From: Oscillospiraceae bacterium
GTDB lineage: Bacteria; Bacillota; Clostridia; Oscillospirales; Oscillospiraceae
Reading direction: 5' to 3'
Assembly (NCBI GenBank): GCA_020025345.1
Contig: JAHHSH010000001.1
Span: 21,555 to 85,554, forward strand
DNA length: 64,000 nucleotides
Part shown: piece after piece, positions 41,197 to 50,495 of the stretch
How the letters are laid out: each line of letters starts with the position of its first letter
Numbering within the stretch: the first letter of the stretch is position 1
Program-made: the position numbers and the translations under genes
The notes under the pieces: generated by a model
Databases searched by the model: none
The model's input: only the letters and a program-made list of their open reading frames with translations
What the model was told of the DNA's origin: nothing

Positions 41197-41394
41197 TTAT
41201 TTGTAAGGAATCATCTTGCGGACAGTAGCCTCGTTGGTTCTGTCAGCATAGGTGCCGGTGCGCAGACGACGGCCGCGCTTGGTGTCCTTCTTGGTCAGGA
41301 TGTGGCTCTTGAAAGCGTGAGCTCTCTTGACCTTGCCGGATTTCGTCAGGTTGAAGCGCTTCTTGGCTCCGCTGTGAGTCTTCAGTTTAGGCAT
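41197..41394 (-). CDS. rpmI: 50S ribosomal protein L35
   Basis: [14 protein letters not shown]. Confidence 0.99.
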   Translation of the reverse strand: MPKLKTHSGAKKRFNLTKSGKVKRAHAFKSHILTKKDTKRGRRLRTGTYADRTNEATVRKMIPYK

Positions 41395-41448
41395 AATAAT
41401 TTACTCCTTCCAATGTTTTCTTCTGCATATTGCGTGAAGAACGCTATT

Positions 41449-41967
41449 TTATTTACCGGTTTTCGGGGACAGGAACATGGACATATTTCTGCCTTCCATC
41501 TTGGCGGCCTTGTCCATGGTTGCTACTTCGGCACACATTTCTGCAAACTTTTTCAGCAGATCCCGGCCGATTTCCGTGTGAGCCATCTCTCTGCCGCGGA
41601 AACGGACGGAGACCTTCACGCGGTTCCCATCTGCCAGAAACTTCTGCGCATTCTTCAGTTTGGTGTTAAAATCACCCACGTCAATGCCCGGAGACATGCG
41701 AATTTCCTTGATCTCCACCACATGCTGGTTTTTCTTTGCTTCCTTCTCCCGCTTGCTCTGCTCGAACTTGAACTTACCGTAGTTCATGAGCTTGCACACA
41801 GGCGGCTGTGCCTGCGGAGAAATCTTCACCAAATCCAGACCCTGCTCCTCTGCAATGTCCAGAGCCTCTGTCGAGGACATGATGCCCAGCTGTTCACCGG
41901 TGGCGCCGATGAGGCGAATCTCCTTGTCGCGGATCTCTTCGTTCAGTTGATGCACTACCTTGCTAAT
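41449..41967 (-). CDS. infC: Translation initiation factor IF-3 (ATT start)
   Basis: GGAGGTG-N7-ATT; NEEIR, LDLV, PPVCK and FRGRE. Confidence 0.95.
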   Translation of the reverse strand: MSKVVHQLNEEIRDKEIRLIGATGEQLGIMSSTEALDIAEEQGLDLVKISPQAQPPVCKLMNYGKFKFEQSKREKEAKKNQHVVEIKEIRMSPGIDVGDFNTKLKNAQKFLADGNRVKVSVRFRGREMAHTEIGRDLLKKFAEMCAEVATMDKAAKMEGRNMSMFLSPKTGK

Positions 41968-41986
41968 ACCGAAGCACCTCCAATCC

Positions 41987-42120
41987 AAAAATAAAAAACG
42001 CGAATGCTCATAGCATCCGCGCAGCAAGCAAAGCCCAGCTAATGGGCTCTCTTCTTACAAGCTGTTAACCTTTTCGCCACTGCTTAAGGTGAGGCGGATG
42101 CACCGACCTTCTTTGTTTTC
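41987..42120 (-). promoter_or_regulatory. L20 ribosomal protein leader
   Basis: Lies between a TTGACA-N17-TAAAAT promoter (42155-42127) and infC; CTCACCT...AGGT helix; terminator GCGGATGCT-atg-AGCATTCGC plus U run. Confidence 0.72.
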
Positions 42121-42286
42121 CTTGATATTTTACTACAAGCAATGGACTTTGTCAACAACTTTTTGTATATTTCTTTTGGCCGCTTATAATTCTTATATAC
42201 ATTCAGAACTTTTTGCATTTTTTGCATATCCCGCAGATTTCCGGCAACACTACCACAGTACACAACGTACAGAAGGAGGTGTCCTC

Positions 42287-42430
42287 ATGGACAATTACAA
42301 GAACGCCAAAGATAGCACCAAGAACAGCAAGGGCAGCCAGAGCCGCAATGCCAACAACACCAACTCCAAGAACGCCAAGAACGAGAACGCAAAAGGCGAA
42401 AACACCCGCAACGAGACCAACGCCCGCTGA
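42287..42430 (+). CDS. 47-aa Asn/Lys-rich low-complexity small protein, probably forespore-expressed
   Basis: AGAAGGAGGTG RBS; MDNYKNAKDSTKNSKGSQSRNANNTNSKNAKNENAKGENTRNETNAR; SigF/G-like GCATA-N14-GGCAACACTA at 42224-42252; downstream hairpin. Confidence 0.8.
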   Translation: MDNYKNAKDSTKNSKGSQSRNANNTNSKNAKNENAKGENTRNETNAR

Positions 42431-42512
42431 CGTCCGGCAATAAACAATACTGCCGTACAGAGCCGCAGGAAATCCCTGCCGCTCTGTACGGCATTGTTCT
42501 TTCTAAAAAGAT

Positions 42513-43313
42513 TTACTTTCTCTGCAGGTATTCCTCCAGACAGAGATTGGAGTGATAGATCTCCTCCGCCGCCTCCCGGCCTACATAGCGATAGTGCCAC
42601 GGCTCATAGATAATACCGGTGACATCCTCCTTCTCCTCGGGAAAGCGCAGGATAAACCCATAGCGCCAACTGTTTTTCAACAGCCATTGCTGCGCCGGGG
42701 TATCCGCCTGCGTGTCATCCAGGATCTGATACTCCATATCCACAATGTCCATAGCCAATCCCAGCTGATGCTCACTGGTTCCGGGTACTGCCACTTCCTT
42801 GGCGGCTTCTTCTCTGGCTTTCTCCTCCGTCAGCCCTTTGTCCATATTCTCCTGCACCAGATTTCCAAACAGTTCCTCCTGCAGTTCCCGTGGACGGTAA
42901 GCGGAGCACACCAACGCCTCATGGCCTGCAGCGCGGCAATCACCCAGCATTTCCTGCAGATCATCATAACACCGGGCATCTACCTCCCAGCCGCTGGAAA
43001 GTTCTTTCATTACAGGCGGTTCCCATGTCTCCGGCAGGGCATTCCACGGATTCACCAATACCAACCGCCAATCTGTGGGCTTCTGCTTTGGCTGCGGTTC
43101 GGACGGCGACTTCTTCGATTCCTCCACCGCCGGTGGTTCTTTCGGCGGTTCCTTCTCTCCGCCGTATTTGACCAGCACCACTGTCAGCAATGCCGCCAGC
43201 AAAAGAAGGAGCACCAATAAGATCCGCCGCCGTCTTCTGCGCCGGCGCATCTTCTCTCGCCGATGGCGGCGCTCCCGGATTCTTTTTTCATAATCATAGG
43301 GGATATTGTCCAT
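42513..43313 (-). CDS. M15B D-alanyl-D-alanine carboxypeptidase (VanY/LdcB-like), membrane-anchored
   Basis: SAYR, PGTSEHQLGLAMD and EPWHYRYVG; Arg-rich N-terminus plus TM. Confidence 0.93.
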   Translation of the reverse strand: MDNIPYDYEKRIRERRHRREKMRRRRRRRRILLVLLLLLAALLTVVLVKYGGEKEPPKEPPAVEESKKSPSEPQPKQKPTDWRLVLVNPWNALPETWEPPVMKELSSGWEVDARCYDDLQEMLGDCRAAGHEALVCSAYRPRELQEELFGNLVQENMDKGLTEEKAREEAAKEVAVPGTSEHQLGLAMDIVDMEYQILDDTQADTPAQQWLLKNSWRYGFILRFPEEKEDVTGIIYEPWHYRYVGREAAEEIYHSNLCLEEYLQRK

Positions 43314-43341
43314 AGTTTCCTTTCTCCCCCTCGGGTTCCTG

Positions 43342-44265
43342 TTACATTTGCAGCATAGGGGGATAGACACCGCGCTCATGATACTTTCGCAGCTCCTGCT
43401 CTACCGTACCACGATCTTCCTGATAGGTCATACCGAACCACCGACCGGCGGTAGGCAAAATCTGCACCTGCAGTTCTCCCCGGTTCACCAGATCACCCAC
43501 CATTACCGGCAGCAGGCATTCCGCCTTGATTTCCTCCGGTGCAAGACGGCGGAGGAACGCATGGAAATACTGCTCCATCACAGGAAAGATTGAGGGCTGG
43601 AACCCCCAGAAATTCATCGACACCACCGTCTCCCGATCCAGCGGCACCGCCACATCTCCGGAAGTATCGGCAATAGTGCCGTCCTGCAGCACCCGAATTC
43701 CTGTCGTCTCCCGGATCTCCTGCAGCATACCGTTCTCACCGTGGCAAATGCCGCGGGTCACGGCTCCGTTTTCGCTGACCGTATTCTTCAAAAGATAGCC
43801 CACCATAGCAGCCTTACCCTTTTCCTCCATAGTCAGCAGTGTCTCATACATCGTGCAATATGCCTCCGCACCATAGTAGTCATCGGCATTGATGACACAA
43901 AACGGCTCCTGCACGCAATCCTTGGCGCAGAGCACCGCGTGCACTGTACCAAAAGGCTTGGTCCGCTGGGACGGGATGGCATAAAAGTCCGGGACGCTGT
44001 CGTACTCCTGGAAAACATAGGAGACCTCCACAGGCTCTCCCTTCAACGTCTTAGCTGTCTTCAGCCATGCACCGCACAGACGGTCCACCAGCTCCACGAT
44101 CTCCGGCTTGACAATCAGAACAATTTTTGTAAAGCCGGCACGGATCGCGTCATAGATGGCATATTCCATCAATGCCTCCCCGCCAGGTCCCACACCGTCC
44201 ACCTGCTTATTGCCGCCGTACCGGGAGCCCAGTCCCGCGGCCATAATTACAAGCGCTGCTTTCAT
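43342..44265 (-). CDS. Sugar-phosphate nucleotidyltransferase family protein
   Basis: MAAGLGSRYGGNKQ, RTKPFGTVHA and VINADDYYG. Confidence 0.9.
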   Translation of the reverse strand: MKAALVIMAAGLGSRYGGNKQVDGVGPGGEALMEYAIYDAIRAGFTKIVLIVKPEIVELVDRLCGAWLKTAKTLKGEPVEVSYVFQEYDSVPDFYAIPSQRTKPFGTVHAVLCAKDCVQEPFCVINADDYYGAEAYCTMYETLLTMEEKGKAAMVGYLLKNTVSENGAVTRGICHGENGMLQEIRETTGIRVLQDGTIADTSGDVAVPLDRETVVSMNFWGFQPSIFPVMEQYFHAFLRRLAPEEIKAECLLPVMVGDLVNRGELQVQILPTAGRWFGMTYQEDRGTVEQELRKYHERGVYPPMLQM

Positions 44266-44571
44266 AAGGTCCTCCTGTCCGAGCCGCACAAATAAGCGCG
44301 GCAGTTTCTTGCGATTCCTATTTACTAAATAATGTAGTTGTCCGTTATTATATCATGCTTTCGCTATTGCTTCAATGTTCTATTTCTCAGCTCCCACACC
44401 TCCCGCCATTTTTCATTGCTTTTTTGTAGTTTCACCTCGCTTTTATTTAAATTTCCCCTATATTTGTTGCAATTTGCAGTAGAAATATATCGACAAGTGT
44501 ACTATAATAGAAGCCGCATATTTATTTTCCGATCGATTCGGCACATTCTATTCCAACCAAGGAGATTTTCT

Positions 44572-46107
44572 ATGTATTCCAATAAGAAAAGAGGTAGCCG
44601 TGGCCACCTTCCCATGGCGATAGGCGACTGGTTCGGTCTCGCCTGTTTGATCCTGTTTTTTGTGTGCAGCTTGATTTTGCTGATTCGCCTGCTGTCCACG
44701 CAAATGCTGACCACCGGATTGGTTGTAGCACTGTTGATTGTACTGCTGGTGCTCAACAGCCTTCACTGCTTTGTGCAGCTGCCCCGCCGGAGGAACCATC
44801 TTCCCAAATTTATTTGCGGCGCTGTGGCACTGGTGCTCTCCGGTATTATGATCTATGCCGTTTCTGCTGCCGGCAGCGTACAGACAATGCTGATGAACAT
44901 TTCCGGCAGGCTGGTGGAAAAAGAGACTACTTACGTCATCGTTCTGAAAGAGTCCCCCGCCAAGGACATCGGCGATGCCGTTGGCTACAACTTTGGTGTG
45001 CTCGCCCATTCCGATAAGAAAAACACCACGGCTCTGCTGGACGCCGTAAAGGATGGTCTGGGCGATCTGCGGAGCACCCCCTATAATAATGTAACCAATC
45101 TGGTGGATGCTCTCTATGATAATGAGGTGGACGCCATCATGCTCAACGCCGGCTACATCAGTATGCTGGAAAAGACGGATGGTTACGCGGACTTTTCCAA
45201 GCAGACCCGCATCCTCTACGAGTTTACCACAGAGCACAAAGTCGATACCGTCAATCCCAACTCTGAAATCACCCGTGAGCCCTTCGTAATCTATTGCAGC
45301 GGTTCCGATGCCCGTGATACTGACATCAACACATTCAGCCTCAGCGATGTGAACATCATGGCTGTGGTCAATCCCCGCACCCATCAGGTCCTGCTGCTCA
45401 ACACGCCCCGTGACTACTACATCCCTCTTGTCAGCGAGCCTTACACCGGTCAGCTTGATAAGCTGACCCATGCAGGCGGCTTCGGCACCCAAGAATCCAT
45501 GAAGGTGCTGGGTAATTTCTATGGCATGGATGTTAAGTATTTCATGCGCATCAACTTTACCGGCCTTATTGACATCGTGGATGCACTGGGTGGCATCGAC
45601 GTGATCTCTCCCTGCGAATTCACAGCCCGGGATATCGGCGTTTTCGATAACGGCGATCAGCGGGACTACCACTTCAACGATGGTCTCAACCACCTCAACG
45701 GCCACGAGGCTATGGCTTTCTGCCGTGAGCGCGACTCTTTCCTTGACGGCGATAACCAGCGTGGCAAGAATCAGATGACCGTTATCTCCGCCATTGTGGA
45801 TAAGGCTTCCTCCCCCGAGATTCTCACCAAATATAATAACCTTCTCAAGGCTGTGGAGGGTTGCTTCACCACCAATATGCCCTACGAGGACATCAGCGCT
45901 CTGGTCCGTATGCAGCTGAGCAACATGGCCGAGTGGAATATCACAAGCTACGCCGTCTGGGGCTACGATGATTTCCAGCCCTGCGCCTCGGTTGGCAATG
46001 AGGAATTGTACGTCATGCGTCCCGACGAGGAGTCTGTGGAGCTGGCCAGAGAGCTGGTACAGCAGGTCATGTCCGGCCAGACCCCTGTGATCCCCGAGGA
46101 GAACTGA
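44572..46107 (+). CDS. LCP (LytR-CpsA-Psr) family cell-wall polymer ligase
   Basis: Three TM helices, CpsA-like accessory domain, SDVNI, PRDYY, KLTHAG, RER and DNQRGKNQ. Confidence 0.93.
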   Translation: MYSNKKRGSRGHLPMAIGDWFGLACLILFFVCSLILLIRLLSTQMLTTGLVVALLIVLLVLNSLHCFVQLPRRRNHLPKFICGAVALVLSGIMIYAVSAAGSVQTMLMNISGRLVEKETTYVIVLKESPAKDIGDAVGYNFGVLAHSDKKNTTALLDAVKDGLGDLRSTPYNNVTNLVDALYDNEVDAIMLNAGYISMLEKTDGYADFSKQTRILYEFTTEHKVDTVNPNSEITREPFVIYCSGSDARDTDINTFSLSDVNIMAVVNPRTHQVLLLNTPRDYYIPLVSEPYTGQLDKLTHAGGFGTQESMKVLGNFYGMDVKYFMRINFTGLIDIVDALGGIDVISPCEFTARDIGVFDNGDQRDYHFNDGLNHLNGHEAMAFCRERDSFLDGDNQRGKNQMTVISAIVDKASSPEILTKYNNLLKAVEGCFTTNMPYEDISALVRMQLSNMAEWNITSYAVWGYDDFQPCASVGNEELYVMRPDEESVELARELVQQVMSGQTPVIPEEN

Positions 46108-46352
46108 TCACTTCCCAACACAGGAGAATCTCCTCTTCCTAATTCCATACAAGCGCACTTATTTAGCAAATGAAAATACCGAGGAATGCTCCGTGTAAGA
46201 GTGTTCCCCGGTATTTTTTTGTGCAATTACGAAACGCCTTTTAGGGCAAAAATCTTCCACATGGCGCCCCGTATCGCCAGCTCGAAACTGCGGACATACC
46301 ACTTGTAAGCATACACCCCAAAAACGGATTCACCATCTGAACGGGCGTCCCC

Positions 46353-46521
46353 TTAACGGTATACTCCTGCATACACATCTCCTGCGGCGGCAGCACAGAA
46401 AAATTGATCAGAATCGTACAAATACAGAGACGTCATTTGCTCGTAGTGTTCTTTTACCAGCGTATCAAGCAGTTCCTCTCTATTTTTTTAAGTATCCACA
46501 CAAGGCTCCGGTGATCACACC
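46353..46521 (-). pseudogene. Degraded TetR-family regulator fragment
   Basis: GVITGALCGYLK, a frameshift in an A7 run, then NREELLDTLVKEHYEQM; resembles TetR helices 3-4; no start codon. Confidence 0.6.
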
Positions 46522-46597
46522 AAAAAGGTGCGGCACAGCCCGCATTGGGGCCATGCCGCACCTTAGCAAAATACTCCCTTATGAGAGGTACTTATAT

Positions 46598-47455
46598 TTA
46601 AATCTTCAATTCGCACTGCATACTCATGACAGCCCGGCCACCAATGAGCACCTTCACCACCTCACCATCCTTCACCAGACGGCTGCGGATCTCCGAGGGA
46701 CGATTCATGTGCTCTCCCTGCAAAAAGATATTCTCCTCCTCCGGCTTCACCAGCCCCTGCAGAAAGAGATAATACGTCAGTGCACCATTCGATGTGCCGG
46801 TGGCGCACTCCTCCGGAATGTCATACAGGGGCGCATAATTGCTGCAATAGGCCGTACAGGCCTCCCCACCGGGGCAGAACATATGGACACCTGTCACATC
46901 ATAGTGGCGGGACAGCTCCGTCACGGCGCGCTCATCCTGCACAGCAGACATAAGAACCTCATGATCCAGCACCGGCATCATAATATCGGCAAGCCCTGTA
47001 GAAACGATCTTCGGCGCAAAGCCCTCGGGGCAGTGTTCTGGACGCAATCCATATGCGCCGTACAGCGCCGGATAATCCTTCTCCTCGATAGTACGCAGCA
47101 ACTGCGGCGGCGCCATATCCATCCATACTGTCTCGCCGCTGACGCGAATCTGCAGCTCACCGGCCTTGGTATGGGCGGTAAAGGTACCATCACCAATCCT
47201 GCCTGTCTGGCGCAGCAGCGCAAATGAGGCAATGGTAGCATGGCCGCACAGATCCACCTCACCTGCCGGTGTGAAGTAGCGCAGCGTCACGCTGCCGTCC
47301 GACTCCATACGCACAAAGGCCGTTTCCGAGTGCTTAAACTCCCCGGCAATCTGCTGCATCTCCCGGTCGGACAACTCCCGATCCGGCAGCACCACGCCAG
47401 CTTGATTTCCACCGAACACTGCGGCAGAAAATGCATCCATTACATAGGCTTCCAT
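46598..47455 (-). CDS. PhzF-family isomerase/epimerase
   Basis: DAF...GGNQAGV, SETAF, RYFTP..EVDLCGHAT and ECATGTSN. Confidence 0.93.
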   Translation of the reverse strand: MEAYVMDAFSAAVFGGNQAGVVLPDRELSDREMQQIAGEFKHSETAFVRMESDGSVTLRYFTPAGEVDLCGHATIASFALLRQTGRIGDGTFTAHTKAGELQIRVSGETVWMDMAPPQLLRTIEEKDYPALYGAYGLRPEHCPEGFAPKIVSTGLADIMMPVLDHEVLMSAVQDERAVTELSRHYDVTGVHMFCPGGEACTAYCSNYAPLYDIPEECATGTSNGALTYYLFLQGLVKPEEENIFLQGEHMNRPSEIRSRLVKDGEVVKVLIGGRAVMSMQCELKI

Positions 47456-47616
47456 CGATAACTTCCCCCTCTGTCTCATTCGGATCACTAATGCGATATG
47501 ATAGTGTATTATACCATATTTTTACTGGTATGCAACGGTTTTTAGCTTACAGATCTTCCAGTTATACGAAAAAAGGAACCGCCGAAGCGGTTCCTTTTTA
47601 TATATCCTTATAAGGA

Positions 47617-48285
47617 TTAGTCGAGCATGGACTTGCAGTCAGCAGCCACGGTGAAGGGAGCAGCAGTAGCAGCCTTCACGTCCTCGACGGTGAACTCGGG
47701 GTTCAGCTCGGTCATGACCAGACCGTTCTCAGTGACCTGGAACACGCACATCTCGGTGATGATGGTGTTGACGCAGTGAGAAGCAGTCAGGGGCAGCTTG
47801 CACTGCTCCAGAATCTTGGGATTGCCCTTAGCGGTGTGCTCCATGCAGACGATGCACTTCTTAGCACCGACGCACAGGTCCATAGCGCCGCCCATACCGG
47901 GCATCTTCTTACCGGGGATGATCCAGTTGGCCAGGTTACCCTGTGCATCAACTTCCAGAGCGCCCAGGAAGCAAGCATCCACATGGCCGCCACGGATCAG
48001 GCCGAAGTTGGTAGCGGAGTCGATGAAGCCGCCGTCGCAAGCGACGGAAGCGGGGCTGCCGCCAGCGTCCACAACGTGGTAGGGATCATAGTTCTCAGCG
48101 CCCTCAGCAGGAGCAGCACCGGCACCAACGATACCCAGCTCAGCGTGGATGACCAGCTCCACACCCTCGGGCAGATAGTGGGGGATCATAGTGGGCAGAC
48201 CGATACCCAGGTTAACAACGTCGCCGTCCTTCAGTTCCTTGGCGCAACGCTTTGCAATAAATGCCTTGATTTCGCTTCTATCCAT
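47617..48285 (-). CDS. Butyrate/acetoacetate CoA-transferase subunit B (AtoA/CtfB-like)
   Basis: VNLGIGLPT, catalytic Glu in HAELG, and PGMGGAMDL. Confidence 0.93.
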   Translation of the reverse strand: MDRSEIKAFIAKRCAKELKDGDVVNLGIGLPTMIPHYLPEGVELVIHAELGIVGAGAAPAEGAENYDPYHVVDAGGSPASVACDGGFIDSATNFGLIRGGHVDACFLGALEVDAQGNLANWIIPGKKMPGMGGAMDLCVGAKKCIVCMEHTAKGNPKILEQCKLPLTASHCVNTIITEMCVFQVTENGLVMTELNPEFTVEDVKAATAAPFTVAADCKSMLD

Positions 48286-48977
48286 TACTTTCTTTCTCCT
48301 TCCACGATGTAGTCAACGCAAATACCGAAGGTATGGATATCCTCGTGGTTGATCTCGCCCACGGGGACAATATTCTCGGTCTCAGCGATCACCAGATCAG
48401 CAGCCGTAGCCATCACAGTGTTAAAGTTACGCATGGTGCCCTTGTACCAGCAGTTACCGGACTCGTCGCACTTGTAGGTGCCCAGCAGAGCTACATCAGC
48501 GTGAACAGGCTTCATCAGCAGGTATTCCTTGCCATCGATGGTCTGCTTACCCATGCAGAAGGGGCTCTCCTCAACCAGGGTGTCCACACCCACGGGAGTC
48601 AGCACGCCGCCCAGGCCTGCGCCATCGGCGCGGATGCACTCAGCCAGAGTGCCCTGGGGCAGCAGGTTCACTTCCAGAGTACCTTCCGTATTCTGCTGGC
48701 CAACCTCGGGAGTCATACCCACGTGGGTAGCGATCACGCGCTTGACCTGCTTGTTGTGGATCAGTTCGGCAATGCCGAAGAACTCCTCGCCCTTGGGACC
48801 CACTGCACGACCCATATCGTTAGCAATCAGGGTGAAGCCACCCTTGCCGGAAGCCACCAGCTCCTTAACGATAGCTCTGGCCTGACCGCAGCCCAAGAAG
48901 CCGCCGCACATAATGGTGGCACCTTCAGGAATCATAGCTGCTGCCTCTTTGGCAGTGATTACAGGTTTCTTTGCCAT
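48285..48977 (-). CDS. Butyrate/acetoacetate CoA-transferase subunit A (AtoD/CtfA-like)
   Basis: GGFLGCG and PQGTLAECIRA.GAGLGG; TAATG coupling to subunit B. Confidence 0.93.
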   Translation of the reverse strand: MAKKPVITAKEAAAMIPEGATIMCGGFLGCGQARAIVKELVASGKGGFTLIANDMGRAVGPKGEEFFGIAELIHNKQVKRVIATHVGMTPEVGQQNTEGTLEVNLLPQGTLAECIRADGAGLGGVLTPVGVDTLVEESPFCMGKQTIDGKEYLLMKPVHADVALLGTYKCDESGNCWYKGTMRNFNTVMATAADLVIAETENIVPVGEINHEDIHTFGICVDYIVEGERK

Positions 48978-48992
48978 TTCTGTTCCTCCTTG

Positions 48993-49069
48993 TTGTTATG
49001 TACTCTACAAAATAGAATTCGTTTCTATTTTAACAATTTCATCATAGCACAACAATATCCAAAATGCAA
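48993..49069 (-). promoter_or_regulatory. SigA promoter of the CoA-transferase genes with two Rex-like boxes
   Basis: TTGCAT-N17-TATGAT (49069-49041); 18-bp sites 48993-49010 and 49019-49036 each match 11 of 14 positions of TTGTTAA-N4-TTAACAA. Confidence 0.55.
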
Positions 49070-49099
49070 GTCACGTTGTGCCAAACATATGGTTTTTCC

Positions 49100-49630
49100 T
49101 TAAAATTCTACACCGAGGCGAGCATTCAATCCCTTGTCAAAGGGATGGCGCACCTTTGTCATCCGCGTGATGTAATCGCACAGCGGATCGACACAAGGCG
49201 TAGGCTCCCGACCGGTCATGACAACCTCTAATTCCTCGGGGCGATTTTTCAGAAAATCCGCCAATTCCTCGTCATCCAGCATGCCCAAAGCCACGGCATC
49301 CAGCACTTCGTCCATCACCAAGAGCTTGGCGTGGTACTTCTCCACAGCCGCTACGGTATCGTGGAAATGCTGCTGCACCTGTGCGCGGCACTCCGCCTTT
49401 TCCTCTTCGTTCATCTGAAAGACAAATTTCATGGTACGCTGCGGTGCTTCAACAATATGGTAATGCTCCAGCGTTCGCAAGATTTTCAGCTCACCGGTGG
49501 TAGATCCCTTCAGAAACTGGCTGAGCACCACCGGCCAACCGTGGCCACAGGCTCGTACGCTCAGTCCCATGGCTGCAGTGGTCTTACCCTTGCCGTCACC
49601 GCAGTAAACATGGATCTTTCCCTGACTCAT
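49100..49630 (-). CDS. cobO: Cob(I)alamin adenosyltransferase (CobO/BtuR type)
   Basis: HVYCGDGKGKTTAAMG, QFLKG, DE, TGR and HPFDKG...G.EF. Confidence 0.93.
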   Translation of the reverse strand: MSQGKIHVYCGDGKGKTTAAMGLSVRACGHGWPVVLSQFLKGSTTGELKILRTLEHYHIVEAPQRTMKFVFQMNEEEKAECRAQVQQHFHDTVAAVEKYHAKLLVMDEVLDAVALGMLDDEELADFLKNRPEELEVVMTGREPTPCVDPLCDYITRMTKVRHPFDKGLNARLGVEF

Positions 49631-49706
49631 TCAACCACCCTTTCTACGTTCAGCCAGAACGGCCATGAAGAAATTCTCCATGGCCGTTTCAGCTGAAATT
49701 AAGATC

Positions 49707-50495
49707 TTACTTCATGCCGCGCTTGACCATCTCGGTCACAGCGAAGCTCGCCACATCATCAGCATACTTACCGGCGCCGAAGCCAGCATCGTAGCCCAGC
49801 TCCTTAGCCAGCTCATGGGTAATACGGGGGCCGCCGCAGCAAACGACGAACTTATCACGCAGACCCTCAGCCTCCAGCAGCTCGATGAGGTTGGTCAGAT
49901 TCTGGATATGGACATCCTTCTGCGTAACAGTCTGGGAAACCAGCAGTACGTCAGCGTGAACTTCCAGAGCCTTCTTGATGAAGTCCTCGTTGAGGACCTG
50001 AGAACCCATGTTAATGGCCTCGATCATGTCGTAGCGCTCCAGACCGTAGTGGCCGGCAAAGCCCTTACGGTTCATGATAGCATCGATACCCACGGTGTGA
50101 GCGTCGGTACCGGTGGAGGCACCCAGCATCACGACCTTGCGGCCGATGTTCTCACGAATATAGTCGTTGGTAGTTTCCATATCCATGGTGTCGGACTCCA
50201 CGGTAATGACGTGGATATCCTCGTAGTTGACAGTGTGCACACAGCTGCCGTAAACCACATAGAAGGTGAACTCTGCATCCAGAGGGGTGTGGAAAGCCAC
50301 GTTGGGCTCATCCAGGCCCATCTTCTTAGCAATCTGGCGGGCAGCCTCTTCGCCACGCTCGTCATCCTTGACGGGCAGAGTGAAGCTGGTCTGCACCTTA
50401 CCGTCGTTCATGGTGTCGCCATAGGGCTTCAAACGGGTCAGATCCAGTGTGGTATCAAAATCGATTTTATGGGTGTTATACAGTCCGGAACTCAT
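49707..50495 (-). CDS. kamE: Lysine 5,6-aminomutase beta subunit
   Basis: KPYGDTMNDGKVQ dimerisation domain, B12 motif DAHTVG, PLP lysine in MNRKG. Confidence 0.97.
   Translation of the reverse strand: MSSGLYNTHKIDFDTTLDLTRLKPYGDTMNDGKVQTSFTLPVKDDERGEEAARQIAKKMGLDEPNVAFHTPLDAEFTFYVVYGSCVHTVNYEDIHVITVESDTMDMETTNDYIRENIGRKVVMLGASTGTDAHTVGIDAIMNRKGFAGHYGLERYDMIEAINMGSQVLNEDFIKKALEVHADVLLVSQTVTQKDVHIQNLTNLIELLEAEGLRDKFVVCCGGPRITHELAKELGYDAGFGAGKYADDVASFAVTEMVKRGMK

Noticed and set aside
42513..43313. vanY glycopeptide-resistance gene
   Set aside because: No vanHAX or vanRS; looks like a housekeeping M15B carboxypeptidase
46598..47455. Phenazine biosynthesis cluster
   Set aside because: No other phz genes; PhzF homologs are widespread
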